From: Dehalococcoidia bacterium
Lineage (GTDB): Bacteria; Chloroflexota; Dehalococcoidia; Plut-88900
NCBI GenBank assembly: GCA_965197645.1
Contig: OZ240219.1
Coordinates: forward strand, 1,440,001 to 1,504,000
DNA: 64,000 nt
Direction of reading: 5' to 3'
The position numbers and the translations under genes were made by a program. The notes beneath the pieces were generated by a model, which was given only the letters and a program-made list of their open reading frames with translations, searched no databases and was not told the DNA's origin. This document shows, one piece after another, positions 30,610-40,900 of this stretch. Numbering within the stretch: position 1 is the stretch's first letter; the number at the start of each line of letters is the position of its first letter.

Positions 30610-31263
30610 ATGATGGAAGACGTCGACATAGATGTTGTCTCCCTGCCTGAGGAGCATGGAAGTTTCTGGCGAAAACGCTGGAAGGTGGCACTGCCGGTCT
30701 TCGTGACACTGGCGGCGCTGGTGGGTGTGATGGCCTGGGGGATGGTGGACAGGTCTTCGGTGGCCGAGAAGAGTGGAGAGACCCGCATCGGCCGAACGGC
30801 GCCGGACTTCACGCTGACTACCTTTTCGGGCGACAAGGTGACGTTGTCCGAGCTTCGCGGGAGCCCCGTGGTCATCAACTTCTGGGCATCCTGGTGCGGG
30901 CCCTGCAGGATCGAGGCGCCGGTGCTGGACCGGGCCTGGCGGACCTACCGTGAGCAGGGGATCATTTTCCTTGGCGTCAGCGTCGATAGGACCGACGCCG
31001 CGGCTCTGGGCTTCGTCGACGAGTTCCTAGTTCCGTACCAGAACGGCAGGGATGAGTCGGGTCTGACGACCATAGAGTATGGGGTGAGCGGAATTCCGGT
31101 CACCTTCTTCGTCGATAAGAACGGGATAGTCGCACGAAGGTTCGTTGGCGCCATCGACGAGGCACACATGAACATCTGGATCCAGGAACTGCTGGGGAAC
31201 ACCGCACCTTCGGGGGACCTCGAGGGGGAAAACGTGGATGAGTTCTTCGAGTTGGACAGCTAG
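30610..31263 (+). CDS. Membrane-anchored TlpA/ResA-type thiol-disulfide oxidoreductase
   Basis: One TM helix, APDFTL, VVINFWASWCGPC..EAP and YGV.GIP.TFFVD. Start uncertain (30598, 30610 or 30613). Confidence 0.9.
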   Translation: MMEDVDIDVVSLPEEHGSFWRKRWKVALPVFVTLAALVGVMAWGMVDRSSVAEKSGETRIGRTAPDFTLTTFSGDKVTLSELRGSPVVINFWASWCGPCRIEAPVLDRAWRTYREQGIIFLGVSVDRTDAAALGFVDEFLVPYQNGRDESGLTTIEYGVSGIPVTFFVDKNGIVARRFVGAIDEAHMNIWIQELLGNTAPSGDLEGENVDEFFELDS

Positions 31264-31280
31264 CGGGGAGGACTGACGCT

Positions 31281-32252
31281 ATGACCGCAGCGAGGATGGA
31301 CCTGAAACAATTCGAGGAGGAGGGGTACTACGTAGCCGAAGGGCTTCTGGACCCGGTGGAGGACATCCAGCCGGTGATCGATGAGTACTCGGAGCTGCTT
31401 GACCGCCTGGCCAACAGGTGGCACTCGGAGGAGAAGCTGTCCGCGACATATGAGGGCTTACCCTTCGAACAACGTCTGTCCCGGATAGCTATAGAAACGG
31501 GCGGCGGATATTCCCGACACTTCGATATCTCTCTGCCCCAGGCAAACATTCGAAGCGATACGCCGATGCACCACGGACCCGCGGTGTTTTCCCTGCTTGG
31601 CAACCCGAAGTTGCTGGACGTCGTCGAGCAGTTCATCGGGCCGGAGATATACAGCAACCCGGTACAACACGTGCGCATCAAGCTGCCCGAACGCCTCTTC
31701 TCAGAGGAAGAGCAGCTCGGCAACGAGCTTGTCGCCCGAACGCCGTGGCATCAGGACCAGGGAGTAATACGGGAGGAGGCCGACGACTCTCAGATCCTGA
31801 CCGCCTGGGTCGCCATGAGCGATGCGCCGGTCGAGCGGGGATGTCTCTCGGTGGCGCCCCGCAGCCATCTAGGAGAGCTGCGGAAGCACTGCTACGCTTC
31901 CTCCGTCCAGCCCATGGGAATTCTGGACGAGCAGCTCCCCGAGGACCGTCGTCCGGTGCCGATGAAGGCAGGGGACGTCCTGTTCCTGGACAAGCTGACC
32001 GTCCACGGAGCCATGCCCAATGTCAGCGATGACCTGAGGTGGAGCTTCGATCTACGCTACAACCCCACGGGCCAGGACACGGGCCGGCCATGGTTCCCTG
32101 GCTTCGTGGCGAGGAGCCGGGCCAACCCCGACTCTAAGCTGAAGGACGCGGTGGTATGGGCGGAGATGTGGAGAGAGGCCCGGTCCCAGCTGGCACGAAT
32201 GGAAGCCCCCAGGTTCAACCGGTGGGACCCCAACGATCCGATGTGCGCTTGA
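31281..32252 (+). CDS. Phytanoyl-CoA dioxygenase (PhyH) family Fe(II)/2-OG dioxygenase
   Basis: QFEEEGY, PWHQD (HxD), GCL.V.P.SH, TVHG and RWSFDLRY. Confidence 0.92.
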   Translation: MTAARMDLKQFEEEGYYVAEGLLDPVEDIQPVIDEYSELLDRLANRWHSEEKLSATYEGLPFEQRLSRIAIETGGGYSRHFDISLPQANIRSDTPMHHGPAVFSLLGNPKLLDVVEQFIGPEIYSNPVQHVRIKLPERLFSEEEQLGNELVARTPWHQDQGVIREEADDSQILTAWVAMSDAPVERGCLSVAPRSHLGELRKHCYASSVQPMGILDEQLPEDRRPVPMKAGDVLFLDKLTVHGAMPNVSDDLRWSFDLRYNPTGQDTGRPWFPGFVARSRANPDSKLKDAVVWAEMWREARSQLARMEAPRFNRWDPNDPMCA

Positions 32253-32422
32253 ACCCGACGCAGCTCCTATGCCCTCGGGGAACGTTGCAGCCGGAAGATC
32301 GTTGAAACTTGTGACCCGGCTAGGCGATGCACGGCGCCACCTTATCCGGCATTGCCGTCCTGTTGAAGGCTAGAACCATCGAAGCTAGAATAAGGGCCTA
32401 ACCTGGAGGAGGGATACCCGCT

Positions 32423-33373
32423 TTGGCCGATCCCCGCGATATAGCTGAGAAGGTAATTGATAACGTCGAGAAGGTGATCATAGGCAAGAAGGAAGAGGTG
32501 ACCCTTGCCCTGATCACCCTCATGTGTCACGGCCACGCTCTCATTGACGATGTGCCCGGTGTGGGCAAGACGATGCTGGCAAGGAGCGTTGCCACGTCGA
32601 TAGGGTGCAGCTTCAAGCGCATCCAGTTCACGCCGGACCTTCTGCCCAGCGATATCACCGGCGTTTCTATCTATAATCAGCAAACTACCCAGTTCGAATT
32701 CCGCCCCGGGCCCGTCATGGCCCAGGTGGTCCTGGCCGACGAGATAAACAGGGCTACGCCCAAGACCCAGTCGGCGTTGCTGGAGTGCATGGAAGAGCGG
32801 CAGATAAGCGTGGACGGGGTCTCCTATAACATGCCGGCCCCCTTCATTGTGCTCGCTACCCAGAACCCGGTGGAGTACGAAGGCACCTTCCCCCTGCCGG
32901 AAGCACAGTTGGACCGGTTCATGATGCGAATCAGCCTGGGCTACCCCTCGCCGGACGAGGAGATATCGATAATAGACAGCCAGAGACACGCTCACCCCAT
33001 CGACAAGCTGGAGGCTGTAACCGAGCAGGAAGAGCTGCTGTCGCTGCAGGCCGAGGTCGGCAAGGTCTACGTGGACGAACTGATCAAGAAGTACATCGTC
33101 TCTGTTGTCGAAGCGTCCCGTAATCACCCGGACGTCTACCTGGGGGCCTCTCCCAGAGGGTCCCTGTTCCTGACCAGGACGGCCCAGGCCAAGGCCTTCC
33201 TCGAGGGTCGGGACTTCGTGCTTCCCGACGATGTCAAGACACTGGCGGCCCCGGTGCTGGCCCATCGGGTCATCATCAATCCCACCCTGCGCTCGCAGGA
33301 TGTTACAGGGAACACAGCCATCTCCAACATTCTGGAAACGGTCCCCGTTCCCGGCGTAAAAGTAAGAAGCTAG
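32423..33373 (+). CDS. MoxR family AAA+ ATPase
   Basis: [43 protein letters not shown] and [14 protein letters not shown]. Confidence 0.96.
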   Translation: MADPRDIAEKVIDNVEKVIIGKKEEVTLALITLMCHGHALIDDVPGVGKTMLARSVATSIGCSFKRIQFTPDLLPSDITGVSIYNQQTTQFEFRPGPVMAQVVLADEINRATPKTQSALLECMEERQISVDGVSYNMPAPFIVLATQNPVEYEGTFPLPEAQLDRFMMRISLGYPSPDEEISIIDSQRHAHPIDKLEAVTEQEELLSLQAEVGKVYVDELIKKYIVSVVEASRNHPDVYLGASPRGSLFLTRTAQAKAFLEGRDFVLPDDVKTLAAPVLAHRVIINPTLRSQDVTGNTAISNILETVPVPGVKVRS

Positions 33374-33383
33374 GGTCCTTCAA

Positions 33384-34628
33384 ATGAGCGGCCTCAAGCT
33401 TAGGGGGTTCGTGGATTTCTTCACCAGGCTCAAGGTGCTGGTGATCCTGCTGGCCATCATCGCCTTCATGGCGATATCCACCAACTACGGTCTCTACTAT
33501 CGATTGGCGTACGTGTTCGCCCTCCTCCTGGTCTTCAGCTTCATCTGGACGTGGCTGAACGGACGGTGGGTGAAGGTGAACGTGGAACGAAGCGTCAACG
33601 CCATCGGAGTAGGGGGCATGCTGGAGGAGAGGATAACCGTATCGAACCCCTCCAGGTTCTTGCCGGTAGCCTGGATAGAGGTGCGGCAGACTTCGGACAT
33701 GCCGGGTCACCAGCAGGGGATGGTGATCAGCCTGCCCAGAGCCAGCCAGGGGACGTGGAAGCTGAACACCCGGTGCCGCCAGCGGGGCAAGTTCACCCTG
33801 GGACAGCTGAGCGTGATCAGCAGCGATCCGATGGGCCTTTTCAGAGTGTCCCGGGTGCTGGGAGAGCGGTCGGATTTTCTGGTGTACCCGGCCATGGCCG
33901 ATCTTCCCTCCCTGGACATGCCCGTCAGCGATCTTCCCGGCGAAGCTCCCATGCGGCAATTTACCAACGTGGTCACCCCCAGTGCCAGCAGCGTGCGAGA
34001 CTACGCCCCCGGCGACACTTTCAACCAGATCCACTGGAAGTCTACTGCTCGGATGAGCAAGCTGATGGTGAAAGAGTTCGACCTGGAGCAGTCGACCAAG
34101 CTGTGGGTCCTCCTCGATATGCAACAGAACGTGCAGGCGGGGCACGAGGAGGAGAGCACTGAGGAATACGCCGTTACCGCAGCGGCATCGATAGCCCGGA
34201 AGTATCTGAACGCGGGATTGGCTGTGGGACTGATAGCCCACGGAGACCAGGACTGGCTGGTCCAGCCCAACCACGGCACAGGCCAGCTGCCCTTGATCCT
34301 GGAGAGCCTCGCCCTGATTCGGAGCGAAGGGACCCGCAGCCTCAAGGAGGTACTCAACCTAGAGGACCACTGGTTCGACCGCTACTCCAGCGTCTGTATC
34401 CTCACGCCGACCCAGGACGATTCCTGGGTCTACTCGTTGAGGGGGTTGATCCAGCGGAGAGTGAAGACATCGGCGGTGCTGCTAGAGTCGCAGACCTTCG
34501 GCGAAGGCGATGGCATCTTGGACCTGGTCGGCAACCTCGCAGCCCATCGCGTACCCAACTGTGTGGTGCAAAAGGGCGATTCCATAACCGAGGCACTGGA
34601 CTTCGGGCCCAGGACGGGGCAGAGGTAG
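33384..34628 (+). CDS. DUF58 (vWA-like) membrane protein
   Basis: RG.F.LG, DP.GLF, VYP, VRDY.PGD....IHWK.TAR...LMVKEF and E.AV..AAS. Confidence 0.92.
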   Translation: MSGLKLRGFVDFFTRLKVLVILLAIIAFMAISTNYGLYYRLAYVFALLLVFSFIWTWLNGRWVKVNVERSVNAIGVGGMLEERITVSNPSRFLPVAWIEVRQTSDMPGHQQGMVISLPRASQGTWKLNTRCRQRGKFTLGQLSVISSDPMGLFRVSRVLGERSDFLVYPAMADLPSLDMPVSDLPGEAPMRQFTNVVTPSASSVRDYAPGDTFNQIHWKSTARMSKLMVKEFDLEQSTKLWVLLDMQQNVQAGHEEESTEEYAVTAAASIARKYLNAGLAVGLIAHGDQDWLVQPNHGTGQLPLILESLALIRSEGTRSLKEVLNLEDHWFDRYSSVCILTPTQDDSWVYSLRGLIQRRVKTSAVLLESQTFGEGDGILDLVGNLAAHRVPNCVVQKGDSITEALDFGPRTGQR

Positions 34629-34634
34629 GATAGG

Positions 34635-37223
34635 GTGGAGGACACAGGAAAGCTCCAGCTCCAGTTCCAAAGTGACGCCACCTTCAAGGAGGTGGGTGAC
34701 GAGTTCGAGGACCCCAGGGACAAGACTCCCTTCCCGTTAGCCATCCGCGAGGGCTGGCTCACCTTTGTCATCCTTCTGTTCCTGCTTTTCTGCGTGGTGT
34801 GGTCCGTCCAGGCCGCGGAATGGGTGGAGGACCTGCCATCGATCATATTGATAGGGTTGTTGGCGGCTTCGGCGGGGTTGGGAGTGTCGAAGATCCGCTT
34901 CAACGGCCTTCCCCTGTTCCTCAGCGGCCTCGTGCTGTGTTTCATCATGGTCCTGTGGCAGACCTGGTCGCTGACCATCGACGAGGGCGTATTCGGCAAA
35001 ACGGCGGATCTCGTCGATCGGTTCAGGATATGGGTCTCCGCCATGCAGACTGGGGGCATCAGCGCCGATCCCGTTCCCTTCGTAACCATAATAGTGACCC
35101 TGACCTGGCTGCTAAGCTTCTATTCGGCCTGGTTCGTTTTTAGAGGACTGGGGTTGTGGCCGGTGATAATACCCACGGCCATCGCGCTTTCCCTGAACCT
35201 CCTCTACCTGCCGCGGGAATATTGGATATGGTTCTACCTGTACATCCTTGCCGGGCTCCTTCTGGCGATGCGGCTGCACCTGGTAAAGAGGCAGCTCAAC
35301 TGGAGCAAGGACAAGCTGCCCTACTTCAAGAGGGCCCATTCATCCTTTCTGATTGCCGCCGCCATACTGGGCTCTCTGGTCATAGTGGTCACCTGGGCTC
35401 TGCCCGGCGTCGACTTCTCGGTGGGCTACCTGAGGAAGAACTGGTCGGTGCTGAGCACGCCTTGGAAATCGATGGAGACGGAGATGGGCAGGGTCCTGTC
35501 CTTCCTGCCCGCCAAGAAGCCGTTCACCATCTATCGTTTCGGCGAGGCGTTCCCCTTCCGGGGGGCCAGCAGCCTGGGACAGCACGTGGCAATGAGGGTC
35601 CAGTCCAACAGGCCCGAGTACTGGAAGGCAGAGACCTTCGACGTGTACACCTCCAAGGGTTGGCTCACAGGCGATAGGGCCGAGTTGGCCGACAGCCTGA
35701 TCCCCGATAACGCACTGTTGACTTACGTATCGACCAACAGGGTAGACCTGGCCGTCAGGCTAGGAGTCGGGACCGACTCGATATACACGGGCGGAGTGCC
35801 GCTCTACAGCACTGTGGAATTCACGCTTGAGGTGGCTCCGCCAATGAGCTTTATCATCGATCTGGACGATCCCTCCGGTGACGAGCTTCTGCCCCAGGAC
35901 CTGAAGGGCGTGGCCGAGTCGTTCCGAGAAGAGGCCAGGCAGGGAACGTTGACCTTCACGGAAGAGGGGTCTCTGAGGCTGCTGCCCAAGGGCAATGAGA
36001 TCATCGACATTGTCCGGGACGGGAATCGGGCATCCAAGATCGAGGTCGCCAGGTCGCCTCCCAATCCGCCCGACATCACGGCCATGAGGCCCGTACAGGA
36101 CCTGGACCCGCGGGAGTCCTACCGAGCGGTCTCCTACACGTCGGCGGCTACGGAAGCGATGCTCAGGTTTGCCGGAACGGACTACCCAAGCTGGGTTACC
36201 GACAGGTATCTGCAGCTCCCCGACGAGCTACCGGACCGGGTAAGGCGGTTGGCCGTCGGTCTGACGCCCGATAGCCACCACCCGACAGCCTACGATAAGG
36301 CGGTCCAAATAGAGTCCTGGCTCCGCAAGCAGATGTTCTACACCACCGATATCGAGCGGGTGCCCGAGGAAGCCGACGGCGTCGACCATTTCCTCTTCAC
36401 CACCAAGCGGGGATACAGCAGCTACTACGGCTCCGCTATGACGGTCATGCTGCGGGCCGTTGGGATACCCGCCCGGCTGGCGGTGGGCTACTCCACGGGT
36501 GAATGGGACGAGGCCCAGCAGATTTACGTGGTGAGGAGCGCCAACGCCCACGCCTGGCCCGAGGTGTATTTCCCCACCTTCGGTTGGATATCCTTCGAAC
36601 CGGTTCCCATTTATGCCCCTATTGTCAGGGGCGGGATCATACAGGACCGGTTCTTCACCGACACCGCCGGGGGCGGTCCGGGAGGCCCCATACGGAACCC
36701 AGCCCAGCTCCAGGGCGCCGACCCGCCTGTACTGCCCAGAAACGTGGATCTGCCCGAAGAGGCCAGTATGTTCGTTTGGCTGGTGCCCGCTATCTTGGGC
36801 GGCATGGTGATAGTGATCGCCGGGGTATGGTACTGGTATAACCGTGGCCTGCGTCGGATCGGGTACCCTTCCCGCGTCTACGGCAAGATGGCCAGGTTGG
36901 CGGCCATCGGCGGCTATGGGCCCAGACCGTACCAGACACCCATAGAGTACGGCTACGCCCTGGCCACGGAGATGGATGTTATCGAGGGGCACGTCGAGAG
37001 AATCTCCGAGGCTTACGCGCACACCAAGTACCGCTCTCCCGATTCCCGCGCGTTCATGAAAGCGCCCTCCCGGCCCATAGACCCCGCCGAGGACCCCGAG
37101 TCGATTAAAGAGGTGGCCGTCGATGACAGGGAGACTTTGGGACAGGCCTGGCGCTCGCTGAGGCGGCCGCTGCTGTGGTGGTCACTGAAGAAAAAGCTGG
37201 CCTTCTGGAGAGTCGGCTGGTGA
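34635..37223 (+). CDS. Membrane-bound transglutaminase-like (TgpA-type) protein, Cys replaced by Ser
   Basis: N-terminal TM region, YW....FD.Y...GW, FLF..KRGYSSYYGSAM.VMLR..GIPARL.VGY, HAWPEVYFP..GW..FEP and a C-terminal DUF4129-like T..EY motif. Confidence 0.9.
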   Translation: MEDTGKLQLQFQSDATFKEVGDEFEDPRDKTPFPLAIREGWLTFVILLFLLFCVVWSVQAAEWVEDLPSIILIGLLAASAGLGVSKIRFNGLPLFLSGLVLCFIMVLWQTWSLTIDEGVFGKTADLVDRFRIWVSAMQTGGISADPVPFVTIIVTLTWLLSFYSAWFVFRGLGLWPVIIPTAIALSLNLLYLPREYWIWFYLYILAGLLLAMRLHLVKRQLNWSKDKLPYFKRAHSSFLIAAAILGSLVIVVTWALPGVDFSVGYLRKNWSVLSTPWKSMETEMGRVLSFLPAKKPFTIYRFGEAFPFRGASSLGQHVAMRVQSNRPEYWKAETFDVYTSKGWLTGDRAELADSLIPDNALLTYVSTNRVDLAVRLGVGTDSIYTGGVPLYSTVEFTLEVAPPMSFIIDLDDPSGDELLPQDLKGVAESFREEARQGTLTFTEEGSLRLLPKGNEIIDIVRDGNRASKIEVARSPPNPPDITAMRPVQDLDPRESYRAVSYTSAATEAMLRFAGTDYPSWVTDRYLQLPDELPDRVRRLAVGLTPDSHHPTAYDKAVQIESWLRKQMFYTTDIERVPEEADGVDHFLFTTKRGYSSYYGSAMTVMLRAVGIPARLAVGYSTGEWDEAQQIYVVRSANAHAWPEVYFPTFGWISFEPVPIYAPIVRGGIIQDRFFTDTAGGGPGGPIRNPAQLQGADPPVLPRNVDLPEEASMFVWLVPAILGGMVIVIAGVWYWYNRGLRRIGYPSRVYGKMARLAAIGGYGPRPYQTPIEYGYALATEMDVIEGHVERISEAYAHTKYRSPDSRAFMKAPSRPIDPAEDPESIKEVAVDDRETLGQAWRSLRRPLLWWSLKKKLAFWRVGW

Positions 37224-37711
37224 ACTACACGGTGTTCAGGACCAGCCTGGGATGGATAGGTGTGGTGGGTTCCGAGAAGGGCCTGAAACGGATGACTACT
37301 CCCGTCTTCACCCCCGAGCAGGCCATGCGAGACCTTGAAGACTTCCTGGAGGACGCCGAGCAGGACGATGAGTTCTTCGGCGACCTGCCGGATAGAGTTT
37401 CCCGGCTGTTCCGGGGTGAGAAGGTGGAGTTCCACGAGGAGCTGGACCTGGAAGGCGCAACGCCTTTCAAACGGGCGGTCTGGGAGGCGACCCGGTCGAT
37501 TCCGATGGGGGAGACGAGGAGCTACGGAGATATCGCGATGCAGGTGGGCCGGCCCGCGGGCGCCAGGGCGGTTGGACAGGCGATGGCATCCAGTCCCGTG
37601 TCAATCGTGATTCCCTGCCACCGCGTGATAGCCTCCGATGGAGGGCTGGGGGGATATGGGGATCGCCTCGAAACGAAAAGACGGATGCTGGAGGCGGAAG
37701 GGGCGATCTAG
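37220..37711 (+). CDS. ogt: Methylated-DNA-protein-cysteine methyltransferase
   Basis: T.F...VW......IP.GET.SYG, ARAVG.A and IPCHRV; GTG start overlaps the upstream stop. Confidence 0.93.
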   Translation: MNYTVFRTSLGWIGVVGSEKGLKRMTTPVFTPEQAMRDLEDFLEDAEQDDEFFGDLPDRVSRLFRGEKVEFHEELDLEGATPFKRAVWEATRSIPMGETRSYGDIAMQVGRPAGARAVGQAMASSPVSIVIPCHRVIASDGGLGGYGDRLETKRRMLEAEGAI

Positions 37712-37717
37712 CCCGGC

Positions 37718-37945
37718 CTAGCTTTCCTCGGCATCCTCCGCCTCTTTCCCGCTGTCCAACACGGCCCTGGCTTCTTCGATCCTGTCCTCCAAGACCAGGA
37801 GACGGCACGGGTGGGCCGAGACTCCGAAGAAGGAAGGGGCGTCTTCCGGCCGGACTATGGCGGGAATCCCGTTGTTCTCCAGCAACGTTCTCCACATCTC
37901 AGCGGCGAGCTGGTTGGGCGCCGTGACCAGTAGCGCCCACCTCAT
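37718..37945 (-). CDS. Small DUF2007-like (putative signal-transducing) protein
   Basis: AE.....LE..GIP.........V.....EEAR..L pattern; coupled to the dnaE stop. Confidence 0.7.
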   Translation of the reverse strand: MRWALLVTAPNQLAAEMWRTLLENNGIPAIVRPEDAPSFFGVSAHPCRLLVLEDRIEEARAVLDSGKEAEDAEES

Positions 37946-40900
37946 TGGACGGTGGGCCCCAGCGATATCGCGTCCTCGGAGAGCATGTTGACCAGAAGCT
38001 TATGGAAGGGTGGGTCGTAGGATATTCCGGCGTCGGGCATCTGGAGCCTGGTCGTCGTGCCCTGCTCCACTATCTCCAAGGTAACCCGGTCGTTTCCAGG
38101 GTGGCCCCGGAGCAGGGATATCACCCTCCGAACGGTCTCTACGTCGGCCGGCTCGTCGCCGGTAGCCTTGATTCTCACGGTAACCGTGCGGGGGGAATCA
38201 GCCGGAGCGGCTTCGGTCTCCGATGGGGTTTCTGGGACCGTTTCGGGTTGAACGTCAACATCCGGCGCGGGGCTGGGGAATGAGTCGGCAGGTTCTTCCG
38301 CAACTGAGACCTCCGGCGGGGGGAGAGGTACGTCTCCGTTGGAAGGCGGTATCAGAGGCTTTTCGGGGAGGGGATGAACCGGCTCGGGCTCACTCTCGGA
38401 TTCCTCCTCGTCGGCGGGAGGAAGGTAGACCTCTACCGAATCGCTGTAGACGGATATCTCGTCTTCATCCCGGCCCGATTTCACCTTGCCTTTGATGATT
38501 AGAAGCTGACCCTCGGCCCAAAGACCTTCCGTCCGGCTGTACACGTCGGGCCAGGCGATAACCTCGGCGTTGCCGCTTATGTCGCTCAAGACGGCCTTGG
38601 CGAACATCTCGTTTTTCCTGGTCATTATGGTCCGGATCGAGGTCACCTCACCGACCACGGTCACCCGCTTGTTTCTGATCTCGGGGGTAACGTCGTTGCA
38701 CAGGGTCACGGTGCTGGTATCGACTTTTCGGAGGGCCACTCTGGTACGGCTTTCGGATAACGGGGTGCCCAGCAGCTCCTTCTCCCAGGCCTCCTTCTCC
38801 GCGCCGGTAACGGGCGATTTCTCCAGCTCCAGGGAGGGCACCGGTATGGGCACGCTATCGCCCAGCATGTCGAACATGGTGGCCTGCCCCGAGCCCTTGA
38901 GGTCCCACTCCCGCTGGGACGCCGATAGTATCCGGTCGACGCCGCCCAGGAGCGCCCCTCTGTCCTCCAGCGAGTCCAGGGCGCCCACCTTGACCAGGCT
39001 CTCCAACGCTCGCTTGTTGAGGTTGCGGAGGTCCGCCTTGCGACACAGGTCTTCGATGGACTCGAAGGGGCCTTCACTGTCCCGGACTTCGAGGACCGGG
39101 GCCACCGCTCCGGCGCCCACGTTTTTGACCGCTGAGAGACCGAAGCGGATGGCGGGACTCTCAGTCTCGCCTGCGTCTATAATGAAGCCGATCCCGGAAT
39201 GGTTAATGTCGGGGCCCAGGACCGGAATGCCCAACCGCTGGCATTCGGCCACAGCAGAGGCGGTCTTATCGGACTGACCCAGATTGCAGCTCAACAGGGC
39301 GGTCATGAACTCGGCGGGACGGTTGGCCTTCAGGTACGCGGTCCAGTAGGCAATCATAGCGTAGCTGACGCTGTGGGCCTTGTTGAAAGCGTATCCGGCG
39401 AAAGGCTCGATCAGGTTGAACATCTCCTTCGCCGACTCCTCGGTGAAACCCTTGCCTGTGGCCCCTCTCATGAAGTTGTCCCGCTCTTCTCGCATCAGCG
39501 AGGCGATCTTCTTGCCCATGGCCTTCCGCACTATGTCGGCCTGGCCCAGGCTGTATCCGGCGAAAGTCTGGAGGATATGGAGCACCTGGTCCTGGTAGAC
39601 GATGACGCCGTAGGTCTCTCTGAGGATATCCTTCAAGACGGGGTCTGGGTACTGCGGCTCTTTGCCGTGCTTCGCCTGGATGAAGGTGGAGATATGCTCC
39701 ATCGGCCCCGGACGATAGAGGGCTATCATGGCCGAAACGTCGTTGACGGAGTTGGGCTTGAGCTCCTTGATGTGGCGCCGCATGCCGGCGCTTTCCAGCT
39801 GAAAGATGCCCGTGGTCTCGCCGGTGGAGAGCAGATCGAAAGTGGCCTTGTCGTCGAGGGGGATGTCCTGAAGCTCGGTCCTGACGCCGCTGGTCTGGGC
39901 CATGAACTCCAGTGCCTTGCCCAGTATGGTCAGGTTGATTAGCCCCAGGAAGTCCATCTTGAGCAGCCCGAGCTTGGCGATGGGCTCCATGGCGAACTGA
40001 GTGACCGCGATATCGTTGCCATCTCCCTTGGAGGCCCGCTGCAGGGGAACGTAGTCCGTCAGCGGTTCCTGGGAGATGACGACTCCGGCGGCGTGGGTGC
40101 TGGCGTGTCGAGCTACGCCCTCCAGCTTCTGGGCCTTATCGATCAGGTCCCGATAGGGCGGGTCCTTGGCGTAGGTATCGCTGAGCTCGACGCTGTTGTC
40201 CAGTGCTTCGCTGATAGTCTTGGCGCCGAAGGGTACCATGCGGGCCACCCGATCGACGTCCGGGTAGGGCAGACCCAGCGCCCGGCCTACGTCCCTCAGT
40301 GATCCCCTCGCTCCCAGGGTGCCGAAGGTGACGATCTGGGCAACATGGTCGTAGCCGTACTTTTGCGTGACGTACTTGATCACCTCGTCTCGGCGGTCGT
40401 CCTGGAAGTCCAGGTCAATATCGGGCATCTCCTTTCGCTCGATGTTGAGGAACCGTTCGAACACCAGCCGGTACTCCATGGGGTCTACGTCGGTGACGCC
40501 CAGGCAGTAGAGGACCAGGCTGGCGGCGGCGCTGCCCCGGACCCCGAATAGTATCTCGCTCTTTCGCGTGAACTCTATGATGTCCCGGACCACCAGGAAG
40601 TAGTTGGCAAACTGGGTTGTACGGATGACATCGAGCTCATAGGCCAGCCGCCGATGGACGTCTTCGCCGGCATCGGGATAGCGCCATCTCAGTCCCTCCC
40701 TGCACACCTCCTCAAGATACTCGTCGGCGTCCTCCCCGTTGGGGGTCTGGTAGAGGGGGAGGCGGAGCTTGTTGAACTCCATGCTGATGTCGCACGCATC
40801 GGCAATTTTCATCGTGTTGCTGACGGCGTCGGGCATCTCGGAGAACAGGTCGGACATCTCCTGGGGACTCTTCAGATAAAGGGAGTCATCGGACATCTTG

